NCBI GenBank assembly: GCA_002189035.1
Contig: NEEC01000247.1
Span: 4,710 to 68,709 of the forward strand
Origin: Utricularia gibba
Taxonomy: Eukaryota; Plantae; Magnoliophyta
Reading direction: 5' to 3'
DNA: 64,000 nucleotides
The notes beneath the pieces were generated by a model. The model did no database searches. It had not been told where the DNA came from and worked only from the letters and a program-made list of their open reading frames with translations. The position numbers and the translations under genes are program-made. Below are positions 1-12,200 of this stretch, one piece after another; position 1 is the first letter of the stretch; the number at the start of each line of letters is the position of its first letter.

Positions 1-285
1 CGGATGAACTTCCCAACGAAAGCACCCACCAAAAACGACAAGCTTTTCCTTCAGAAACAATGTAGGCAGCTGCCGAAAACCCAACGTTAATAAATGGATC
101 ACTTTTTTTGCCGGGCTACAAATGACTATGGGCCGATTTCGACAAGACCTCCGGCCAGATCCTGTGCCCTCGAGAGCGCCTCCTCAAATAAAAGTTGTGG
201 TTGGAAAACCATTTGGGGTGCTCATGACATCCTAACTTCAATAAATGCATCACGATTTTCGTTGAATAGGACCCGATTGGGCGCA

Positions 286-296
286 GGAGTCGAACC
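286..296 (-). promoter_or_regulatory. Pol III B-box-like motif GGTTCGACTCC (minus strand), present once per monomer; function unproven
   Basis: Plus-strand ggagtcgaacc matches the tRNA B-box consensus GGTTCGANTCC in reverse complement. No convincing A box and no T-stem pairing were found. Confidence 0.2.
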
Positions 297-3200
297 GAAC
301 CTTGGGTCCGGATGAACTTCCCAACGAAAGCACCACCCAAAAACGACAAGCTTTTCCTTCAGAAACAATGTAGGCAGCTGCCGAAAACCCAACGTTAATA
401 AATGGATCACTTTTTTTGCCGGGCTACAAATGACTATGGGCCCGAGCCCGACAAGACGGCCGATCCTGGTGCCCTCGAGAGCGCCTCCTCAAATATAAAG
501 CTTGTGGTGAGAAAACCATTTGGGGTGCTCATGACATCCTAACTTCAATAAATGCATCACGATTTTCGTCGAATAGGACCGATTGGGCTCAGGAGTCGAA
601 CAGAACCTTGGGTCCGGATGAACTTCCCAACGAAAGCACCCACCAAAAACGACAAGCTTTTCCTTCAGAAACAATGTAGGCAGCTGCCGAAAACCAACGT
701 TAATAAATGGATCACTTTTTTTGCCGGGCTACAAATGACTATGGGCCCGATTTCGACAAGACCTCCGGCCCGATCCTGTGCCCCTCGAGAGCGCCTCCTC
801 AAATAAAAGTTGTGGTTGAAAACCATTTGGGGTGCTCATGACATCCTAACTTCAATAAATGATCACGATTTTCGTCGAATAGGACCCGATTGGGCGCAGG
901 AGTCGAACAGAACCTTGGGTCGGATGAACTTCCCAACGAAAGCACCCAAAAACGACAAGCTTTTCCTTCAGAAACAATGTAGGCAGCTGCCGAAAACCAA
1001 CGTTAATAAATGGATCACTTTTTTTGCCGGGCTACAAATGACTATGGGCCCGATTTCGACAAGACCTCGGCCAGATCCTAGTGCCCCTCGAGAGCGCCTC
1101 CTCAAATAAAAAGTATGTGGTTGGAAAACCATTTGGGGTGCTCATGACATCCTAACTTCAATAAATGCATCACGATTTTCGTTGAATAGGACCCGATTGG
1201 GCGCAGGAGTCGAACCGAACCTTGGGTCCGGATGAACTTCCAACGAAAGCACCCACCCAAAAACGACAAGCTTTTCCTTCAGAAACAATGTAGCAGCTGC
1301 CGAAAACCCAACGTTAATAAATGGATCACTTTTTTTCCCGGGCTACAAATGACTATGGGCCCGAGCCGACCGACCTCCGGCCGATCCTGGTGCCCCTCGA
1401 GAGCGCCTCCTCAAATATAAAGCTTGTGGATGAGAAACCATTTGGGGTGCTCATGACATCCTAACTTCAATAAATGCATCACGATTTTCGTTGAATAGGA
1501 CCCGATTGGGCGCAGGAGTCGAACCGAACCTTGGGTCCGGATGAACTTCCCAACGAAAGCACCACCCAAAACGACAAGCTTTTCCTTCAGAAACAATGTA
1601 GGCAGCTGCCGAAAACCCAACGTTAATAAATGGATCACTTTTTTTGCCGGGCTACAAATGACTATGGGCCCGAGCGACAAGACCTCCGGCCAGATCCTAG
1701 TGCCCTCGAGAGCGCCTCCTCAAATAAAAAGTTGTGGTTGGAAAAAACCATTTGGGGTGCTCATGACATCCTAACTTCAATAAATGCATCACGATTTTCG
1801 TCGAATAGGACCCGATCGGCTCAGGAGTCGAACAGAACCTTGGGTCCGGATGAACTTCCAACGAAAGCACCCACCAAAAACGACAAGCTTTTCCTTCAGA
1901 AACAATGTAGGCAGCTGCCGAAAACCCAACGTTAATAAATGGATCTTTTTTTTGCCGGGCTACAAATGACTATGGGCCCGATTTCGACAAGACTCCGGCC
2001 AGATCCTAGTGCCCTCGAGAGCGCCTCCTCAAATAAAAGTATGTGGTTGGAAAACCATTTGGGGTGCTCATGACATCCTAACTTCAATAAATGCATCACG
2101 ATTTTCGTTGAATAGGACCCGATTGGCTCAGGAGTCGAACCGAACCTTGGGTCCGGATGAACTTCCCAACGAAAGCACCCCCCCAAAAACGACAAGCTTT
2201 TCCTTCAGAAACAATGTAGGCAGCTGCCGAAAACCCAACGTTAATAAATGGATCACTTTTTTGCCGGGCTACAAATGACTATGGGCCCGATTTCGACAAG
2301 ACTCCGGCCAGATCCTAGTGCCCCTCGAGAGCGCCTCCTCAAATAAAAGCTTGTGGTTGGAAAACCATTTGGGGTGCTCATGACATCCTAACTTCAATAA
2401 ATGCATCACGATTTTCGTTGAATAGGACCCGATTGGGCGCAGGAGTCGAACCGAACCTTGGGTCCGGATGAACTTCCCAACGAAAGCACCCACCAAAAAC
2501 GACAAGCTTTTCCTTCAGAAACAATGTAGGCAGCTGCCGAAAACCCAACGTTAATAAATGGATCACTTTTTTTGCCGGGCTACAAATGACTATGGGCCCG
2601 ATTTCGACAAGACCTCCGGCCAGATCCTAGTGCCCCTCGAGAGCGCCTCTCAAATAAAAAGTATGTGGTTGGAAAACCATTTGGGGTGCTCATGACATCC
2701 TAACTTCAATAAATGCATCACGATTTTCGTTGAATAGGACCCGATTGGGCAGGAGTCGAACCGAACCTTGGGTCCGGATGAACTTCCCAACGAAAGCACC
2801 CACCCAAAAACGACAAGCTTTTCCTTCAGAAACAATGTAGGCAGCTGCCGAAAACCCAACGTTAATAAATGGATCACTTTTTTTGCCGGGCTACAAATGA
2901 CTATGGGCCCGAGCCGACGACCTCCGGCCGATCCTGGTGCCCTCGAGAGCGCCTCCTCAAATATAAAGCTTGTGGATGAGAAAACCATTTGGGGTGCTCA
3001 TGACATCCTAACTTCAATAAATGCATCACGATTTTCGTCGAATAGGACCGATTGGGCTCAGGAGTCGAACAGAACCTTGGGTCCGGATGAACTTCCCAAC
3101 GAAAGCACCCACCCAAAAACGACAAGCTTTTCCTTCAGAAACAATGTAGGCAGCTGCCGAAAACCCAACGTTAATAAATGGATCACTTTTTTTGCCGGGC

Positions 3201-6200
3201 TACAAATGACTATGGCCCGATTTCGACAAGACCTCCGGCCAGATCCTAGTGCCCTCGAGAGCGCCTCCTCAAATAAAAAAGTTGTGGTTGGAAAACCATT
3301 TGGGGTGCTCATGACATCCTAACTTCAATAAATGCATCACGATTTTCGTTGAATAGGACCCGATTGGGCGCAGGAGTCGAACCGAACCTTGGGTCCGGAT
3401 GAACTTCCCAACGAAAGCACCCCCCAAAAACGACAAGCTTTTCCTTCAGAAACAATGTAGGCAGCTGCCGAAACCCAACGTTAATAAATGGATCACTTTT
3501 TTTCCGGGCTAAAATGACTATGGGCCCGATTTCGACAAGACCTCCGGCCAGATCCTAGTGCCCCTCGAGAGCGCCTCCTCAAATAAAAGTATGTGGTTGG
3601 AAAACCATTTGGGGTGCTCATGACATCCTAACTTCAATAAATGCATCACGATTTTCGTTGAATAGGACCGATTGGGCGCAGGAGTCGAACCGAACCTTGG
3701 GTCCGGATGAACTTCCAACAAAGCACCACCAAAAACGACAAGCTTTTCTTCAGAAACAATGTAGCAGCTGCCGAAACGTTAATGGATCACTTTTTTCCGG
3801 GCTACAAATGACTATGGGCCGAGCCGACAACCTCCGCCCGATCCTGGTGCCCCTCGAGAGCGCCTCCTCAAATATAAAGCTTGTGGATGAGAAAACCATT
3901 TGGGGTGCTCATGACATCTAACTTCAATAAATGCATCACGATTTTCGTTGAATAGGACCCGATTGGGCTCAGGAGTCGAACAGAACCTTGGGTCCGGATG
4001 AACTTCCAACGAAAGCACCCACCCAAAAACGACAAGCTTTTCCTTCAGAAACAATGTAGGCAGCTGCCGAAAACCAACGTTAATAAATGGATCACTTTTT
4101 TTGCCGGGCTACAAATGACTATGGGCCCGATTTCGACAAGACCTCCGGCCAGATCCTGTGCCCCTCGAGAGCGCTCCTCAAATAAAAAGTTGTGGTTGGA
4201 AAACCATTTGGGGTGCTCATGACATCCTAACTTCAATAAATGCATCACGATTTTCGTCGAATAGGACCCGATCGGGCTCAGGAGTCGAACAGAACCTTGG
4301 GTCCGGATGAACTTCCCAACGAAAGCACCCACCAAAAACGACAAGCTTTTCCTTCAGAAACAATGTAGGCAGCTGCCGAAAACCCAACGTTAATAAATGG
4401 ATCACTTTTTTTGCCGGGCTACAAATGACTATGGGCCCGATTTCGACAAGACCTCCGGCCAGATCCTAGTGCCCTCGAGAGCGCCTCCTCAAATAAAAAA
4501 TGTGGTTGGAAAACCATTTGGGGTGCTCATGACATCCTAACTTCAATAAATGCATCACGATTTTCGTCGAATAGGACCCGATTGGGCAGGAGTCGAACCG
4601 AACCTTGGGTCCGGATGAACTTCCCAACGAAAGCACCCACCCAAAAACGACAAGCTTTTCCTTCAGAAACAATGTAGGCAGCTGCCGAAAACCCAACGTT
4701 AATAAATGGATCACTTTTTTTCCCGGGCTACAAATGACTATGGGCCCGATTTCGACAAGACCTCCGGCCAGATCCTAGTGCCCTCGAGAGCGCCTCCTCA
4801 AATAAAAAGTTGTGGTTGGAAAACCATTTGGGGTGCTCATGACATCCTAACTTCAATAAATGCATCACGATTTTCGTTGAATAGGACCCGATTGGGCGCA
4901 GGAGTCGAACCGAACCTTGGGTCGGATGAACTTCCCAACAAAAGCACCCACCAAAAACGACAAGCTTTTCCTTCAGAAACATGTAGGCAGCTGCCGAAAA
5001 CCCAACGTTAATAAATGGATCACTTTTTTCCCGGGCTACAAATGACTATGGGCCCGAGCCGACAACCTCCGCCGATCCTGGTGCCCCTCGAGAGCGCCTC
5101 CTCAAATAAAAGCTGTGGTGAGAAAACCATTTGGGGTGCTCATGACATCCTAACTTCAATAAATGCATCACGATTTTCGTCGAATAGGACCCGATTGGGC
5201 TCAGGAGTCGAACAAACCTTGGGTCCGGATGAACTTCCCAACGAAAGCACCCACCCAAAAACGACAAGCTTTTCCTTCAGAAACAATGTAGGCAGCTGCC
5301 GAAAACCCAACGTTAATAAATGGATCACTTTTTTTGCCGGGCTACAAATGACTATGGGCCCGATTTCGACAAGACCTCCGGCCAGATCCTAGTGCCCCTC
5401 GAGAGCGCCTCCTCAAATAAAAAAGTATGTGGTTGGAAAACCATTTGGGGTGCTCATGACATCCTAACTTCAATAAATGCATCACGATTTTCGTCGAATA
5501 GGACCCGATTGGAGGAGTCGAACGAACCTTGGGTCGGATGAACTTCCCAACGAAAGCACCAAAAAAACGACAAGCTTTTCCTTCAGAAACATGTAGGCAG
5601 CTGCCGAAAACCCAACGTTAATAAATGGATCACTTTTTTTGCCGGGCTACAAATGACTATGGGCCCGATTTCGACAAGACCTCCGGCCGATCCTGTGCCC
5701 CTCGAGAGCGCCTCCTCAAATAAAAGTTGTGGTTGGAAAACCATTTGGGGTGCTCATGACATCCTAACTTCAATAAATGCATCACGATTTTCGTTGAATA
5801 GGACCCGATTGGGCAGGAGTCGAACCGAACCTTGGGTCCGGATGAACTTCCCAACGAAAGCACCCACCAAAAACGACAAGCTTTTCCTTCAGAAACATGT
5901 AGGCAGCTGCCGAAAACCCAACGTTAATAAATGGATCACTTTTTTCCCCGGGCTACAAATGACTATGGGCCGAGCCGACCCGACCTCCGGCCCGATCCTG
6001 GTGCCCCTCGAGAGCGCCTCCTCAAATATAAAGCTTGTGGATGAGAAAACCATTTGGGGTGCTCATGACATCCTAACTTCAATAAATGCATCACGATTTT
6101 CGTCGAATAGGACCGATCGGGCTAGGAGTCGAACAGAACCTTGGTTCGGATGAACTTCCCAACGAAAGCACCCACCAAAAACGACAAGCTTTTCCTTCAG

Positions 6201-9200
6201 AAACAATGTAGGCAGCTGCCGAAAACCCAACGTTAATAAATGGATCACTTTTTTTGCCGGGCTACAAATGACTATGGGCCCGATTTCGACAAGACCTCCG
6301 GCCAGATCCTAGTGCCCTCGAGAGCGCCTCCTCAAATAAAAGTATGTGGTTGAAAACCATTTGGGGTGCTCATGACATCCTAACTTCAATAAATGCATCA
6401 CGATTTTCGTTGAATAGGACCCGATTGGGCGCAGGAGTCGAACCGAACCTTGGGTCGGATGAACTTCCCAACGAAAGCACCCCCCAAAAACGACAAGCTT
6501 TTCCTTCAGAAACAATGTAGGCAGCTGCCGAAAACCCAACGTTAATAAATGGATCACTTTTTTCCCGGGCTAAATGACTATGGGCCGATTTCGACAAGAC
6601 CTCCGCCGATCCTAGTGCCCCTCGAGAGCGCCTCCTCAAATAAAAGTTGTGGTTGGAAAACCATTTGGGGTGCTCATGACATCCTAACTTCAATAAATGC
6701 ATCACGATTTTCGTTGAATAGGACCCGATGGGCGCAGGAGTCGAACCGAACCTTGGGTCCGGATGAACTTCCAACGAAAGCACCACCCAAAAACGACAAG
6801 CTTTTCCTTCAGAAACATGTAGGCAGCTGCCGAAAACCAACGTTAATAAATGGATCACTTTTTTTTCCGGGCTACAAATGACTATGGGCCCGACCGACCT
6901 CCGGCCGATCCTGTGCCCCTCGAGAGCGCTCCTCAAATATAAAGTTGTGGATTGAGAAAACCATTTGGGGTGCTCATGACATCCTAACTTCAATAAATGC
7001 ATCACGATTTTCGTCGAATAGGACCCGATTGGGCTCAGGAGTCGAACAGAACCTTGGGTCCGGATGAACTTCCCAACGAAAGCACCCACCCAAAACGACA
7101 AGCTTTTCCTTCAGAAACAATGTAGGCAGCTGCGAAAACCCAACGTTAATAAATGGATCACTTTTTTTGCCGGGCTACAAATGACTATGGGCCGATTTCG
7201 ACAAGACCTCCGGCCAGATCCTAGTGCCCGAGAGCGCCTCCTCAAATAAAAAGTATGTGGTTGGAAAACCATTTGGGGTGCTCATGACATCCTAACTTCA
7301 ATAAATGCATCACGATTTTCGTCGAATAGGACCCGATTGGGCTCAGGAGTCGAACCGAACCTTGGTCGGATGAACTTCCCAACGAAAGCACCCACCAAAA
7401 ACGACAAGCTTTTCCTTCAGAAACATGTAGGCAGCTGCCGAAAACCCAACGTTAATAAATGGATCACTTTTTTTGCCGGGCTACAAATGACTATGGGCCG
7501 ATTTCGACAAGACCTCCGGCCAGATCCTAGTGCCCTCGAGAGCGCCTCCTCAAATAAAAAGTATGTGGTTGGAAAACCATTTGGGGTGCTCATGACATCC
7601 TAACTTCAATAAATGCATCACGATTTTTCGTTGAATAGGACCCGATTGGGCGCAGGAGTCGAACCGAACCTTGGGTCCGGATGAACTTCCCAACGAAAGC
7701 ACCCACCCAAAAACGACAAGCTTTTCCTTCAGAAACATGTAAGGCAGCTGCCGAAAACCCAACGTTAATAAATGGATCACTTTTTTTCCCGGGCTACAAA
7801 TGACTATGGGCCCGAGCCCGACCAAACCTCCGCCGATCCTGGTGCCCCTCGAGAGCGCCTCCTCAAATATAAAAGCTTGTGGATGAGAAACCATTTGGGG
7901 TGCTCATGACATCCTAACTTCAATAAATGCATCACGATTTTCGTCGAATAGGACCCGATCGGGCTCAGGAGTCGAACAAACCTTGGGTCCGGATGAACTT
8001 CCCAACGAAAGCACCCACCCAAAAACGACAAGCTTTTCCTTCAGAAACAATGTAGCAGCTGCCGAAAACCCAACGTTAATAAATGGATCACTTTTTTTGC
8101 CGGGCTACAAATGACTATGGGCCCGATTTCGACAAGACCTCCGGCCAGATCCTAGTGCCCTCGAGAGCGCCTCCTCAAATAAAAAGTATTGGTTGGAAAA
8201 CCATTTGGGGTGCTCATGACATCCTAACTTCAATAAATGCATCACGATTTTCGTCGAATAGGACCCGATCGGTCAGGAGTCGAAAAGAAACCTTGGGTTC
8301 GGATGAACTTCCAACGAAAGCACCCAAAAAACGACAAGCTTTTCCTTCAGAAACAATGTAGGCAGCTGCCGAAAACCAACGTTAATAAATGGATCACTTT
8401 TTTTGCCGGGCTACAAATGACTATGGGCCCGATTTCGACAAGACCTCCGGCCAGATCCTAGTGCCCCTCGAGAGCGCCTCCTCAAATAAAAAGTATGTGG
8501 TTGGAAACCATTTGGGGTGCTCATGACATCCTAACTTCAATAAATGCATCACGATTTTCGTTGAATAGGACCCGATTGGGCGCAGGAGTCGAACCGAACC
8601 TTGGGTCCGGATGAACTTCCCAACGAAAGCACCCTCCCAAAAACGACAAGCTTTTCTTCAGAAACAATGTAGGCAGCTGCCGAAAACCAACGTTAATAAA
8701 TGGATCACTTTTTTTCCGGGCTACAAATGACTATGGGCCCGATTTCGACAAGACCTCCGGCCAGATCCTAGTGCCCCTCGAGAGCGCCTCCTCAAATAAA
8801 AAGTATGTGGTTGGAAAACCATTTGGGGTGCTCATGACATCCTAACTTCAATAAATGCATCACGATTTTCGTTGAATAGGACCCGATGGGCAGGAGTCGA
8901 ACCGAACCTTGGGTCGGATGAACTTCCCAACAAAAAGCACCACCCAAAAACGACAAGCTTTTCCTTCAGAAACCATGTAAGCAGCTGCCGAAAACCCAAC
9001 GTTAATAAATGGATCACTTTTTTCCCGGGCTACAAATGACTATGGGCCCGAGCCGACCCAACTCCGCCCGATCCTGGTGCCCTCGAGAGCGCCTCCTCAA
9101 ATATAAAGCTTGTGGATGAGAAAACCATTTGGGGTGCTCATGACATCCTAAACTTCAATAAATGCATCACGATTTTCGTCGAATAGGACCCGATCGGGCT

Positions 9201-12200
9201 CAGGAGTCGAACAGAACCTTGGGTCCGGATGAACTTCCAAACGAAAGCACCCACCAAAAACGACAAGCTTTTCCTTCAGAAACAATGTAGGCAGCTGCCG
9301 AAAACCCAACGTTAATAAATGGATCACTTTTTTTGCCGGGCTACAAATGACTATGGGCCCGATTTCGACAAGACCTCCGGCCAGATCCTAGTGCCCCTCG
9401 AGAGCGCCTCCTCAAATAAAAAGTATGTGGTTAGAAAACCATTTGGGGTGCTCATGACATCCTAACTTCAATAAATGCATCACGATTTTCGTCGAATAGG
9501 ACCGATTGGCTCAGGAGTCGAAAAGAAACCTTGGGTTCCGGATGAACTTCCCAACGAAAGCACCCACCAAAAAAACGACAAGCTTTTCCTTTAGAAACAA
9601 TGTAGGCAGCTGCCGAAAACCCAACGTTAATAAATGGATCACTTTTTTTGCCGGGCTACAAATGACTATGGGCCGATTTCGACAAGACTCCGGCCAGATC
9701 CTAGTGCCCCTCGAGAGCGCCTCCTCAAATAAAAAGTATGTGGTTGGAAAACCATTTGGGGTGCTCATGACATCCTAACTTCAATAAATGCATCACGATT
9801 TTCGTTGAATAGGACCCGATTGGGCGCAGGAGTCGAACCGAACCTTGGGTCCGGATGAACTTCCCAACGAAAGCACCACCCAAAACGACAAGCTTTCCTT
9901 CAGAAACATGTAAGCAGCTGCCGAAAACCAACGTTAATAAATGGATCACTTGTTTTCCCGGGCTACAAATGACTATGGGCCCGAGCCCCGACCCGACCTC
10001 CGGCCCGATCCTGGTGCCCTCGAGAGCGCCTCATCAAATATAAAGCTTGTGGATGAGAAAACCATTTGGGGTGCTCATGACATCCTAACTTCAATAAATG
10101 CATCACGATTTTCGTTGAATAGGACCCGATTGGGCGCAGGAGTCGAACCGAACCTTGGGTCCGGATGAACTTCCCAACGAAAGCACCACCCAAAAACGAC
10201 AAGCTTTTCCTTCAGAAACCATGTAGGCAGCTGCCGAAAACCCAACGTTAATAAATGGATCACTTTTTTTCCCGGGCTACAAATGACTATGGGCCGATTT
10301 CGACAAGACCTCCGGCCAGATCCTAGTGCCCCTCGAGAGCGCCTCCTCAAATAAAAAGTATGTGGTTGGAAAACCATTTGGGGTGCTCATGACATCCTAA
10401 CTTCAATAAATGCATCACGATTTTCGTCGAATAGGACCGATGGGCTCAGGAGTCGACCGAACCTTGGGTCCGGATGAACTTCCCAACGAAAGCACCCACC
10501 CAAAAAACGACAAGCTTTTCCTTTCAGAAACAATGTAGGCAGCTGCCGAAAACCCAACGTTAATAAATGGATCACTTTTTTTGCCGGGCTACAAATGACT
10601 ATGGGCCCGATTTCGACAAGACCTCCGGCCAGATCCTAGTGCCCCTCGAGAGCGCCTCCTCAAATAAAAAGTATGTGGTTGGAAAACCATTTGGGGTGCT
10701 CATGACATCCTAACTTCAATAAATGCATCACGATTTTCGTTGAATAGGACCCGATTGGGCGCAGGAGTCGAACCGAACCTTGGGTCCGGATGAACTTCCC
10801 AACGAAAGCACCCCCAAAAACGACAAGCTTTTCCTTCAGAAACAATGTAGGCAGCTGCCGAAAAACCCAACGTTAATAAATGGATCACTTTTTTTCCCGG
10901 GCTACAAATGACTATGGGCCCGATTTCGACAAGACCTCCGGCCGATCCTAGTGCCCCTCGAGAGCGCCTCCTCAAATAAAAAGTATGTGGTTGGAAAACC
11001 ATTTGGGGTGCTCATGACATCCTAACTTCAATAAATGCATCACGATTTTCGTTGAATAGGACCCGATTGGGCGCAGGAGTCGAACCGAACCTTGGGTCCG
11101 GATGAACTTCCCAACGAAAGCACCCACCCAAAAACGACAAGCTTTTCCTTCAGAAACCATGTAAGCAGCTGCCGAAAACCCAACGTTAATAAATGGATCA
11201 CTTTTTTTCCCGGGCTACAAATGACTATGGCCCGATTTCGACAAGACCTCCGGCCAGATCCTAGTGCCCCTCGAGAGCGCCTCCTCAAATAAAAAGTATG
11301 TGGTTGGAAAACCATTTGGGGTGCTCATGACATCCTAACTTCAATAAATGCATCACGATTTTCGTCGAATAGGACCCGATTGGGCTCAGGAGTCGAAAAG
11401 AACCTTGGGTCCGGATGAACTTCCCAACGAAAGCACCCACCAAAAACGACAAGCTTTTCCTTCAGAAACAATGTAGGCAGCTGCCGAAACCCAACGTTAA
11501 TAAATGGATCACTTTTTTTGCCGGGCTACAAATGACTATGGGCCCGATTTCGACAAGACCTCCGGCCAGATCCTAGTGCCCCTCGAGAGCGCCTCCTCAA
11601 ATAAAAAGTATGTGGTTGGAAAACCATTTGGGGTGCTCATGACATCCTAACTTCAATAAATGCATCACGATTTTCGTTGAATAGGACCCGATTGGGCCAG
11701 GAGTCGAACCGAACCTTGGGTCCGGATGAACTTCCCAACGAAAGCACCCACCCAAAAAACGACAAGCTTTTCCTTCAGAAACCATGTAAGCAGCTGCCGA
11801 AAACCCAACGTTAATAAATGGATCACTTTTTTTTCCCGGGCTACAAATGACTATGGGCCCGAGCCCGACGACCTCCGGCCCGATCCTGGTGCCCCTCGAG
11901 AGCGCCTCCTCAAATATAAAGCTTGTGGATGAGAAAAAACCATTTGGGGTGCTCATGACATCCTAACTTCAATAAATGCATCACGATTTTCGTCGAATAG
12001 GACCCGATGGGCTCAGGAGTCGAACGAACCTTGGGTCCGGATGAACTTCCCAACGAAAGCACCCACCCAAAAACGACAAGCTTTTCCTTCAGAAAAATGT
12101 AGGCAGCTGCCGAAAACCCAACGTTAATAAATGGATCACTTTTTTTGCCGGGCTACAAATGACTATGGGCCCGATTTCGACAAGACCTCCGGCCGATCCT

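Noticed and set aside
6-22. CENP-B-box-like sequence (minus strand ctttcgttgggaagttc; also plus strand tttcgttgaatagga near 257-271)
   Set aside because: Only the 5' TTCG part matches; the essential 3' CGGG of nTTCGnnnnAnnCGGGn is missing in both.
15-30. Resemblance of aacgaaagcaccca to a motif I recall from grass ~155-bp centromeric satellites (CentO/CentC-like aacgaacgcaccca)
   Set aside because: Only ~14 bp, compared from memory, and I could not extend the match. It needs a real alignment before any family assignment.
201-225. Telomere-like G/C runs (tttggggt, aaaaccc)
   Set aside because: These are single isolated motifs within the monomer, not tandem telomeric repeats.
1-314. 5S rDNA, tRNA or snRNA tandem gene cluster (the unit size is compatible)
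   Set aside because: No recognisable 5S rRNA sequence. The single B-box-like motif lacks a pairing T-stem, an A box and a cloverleaf.
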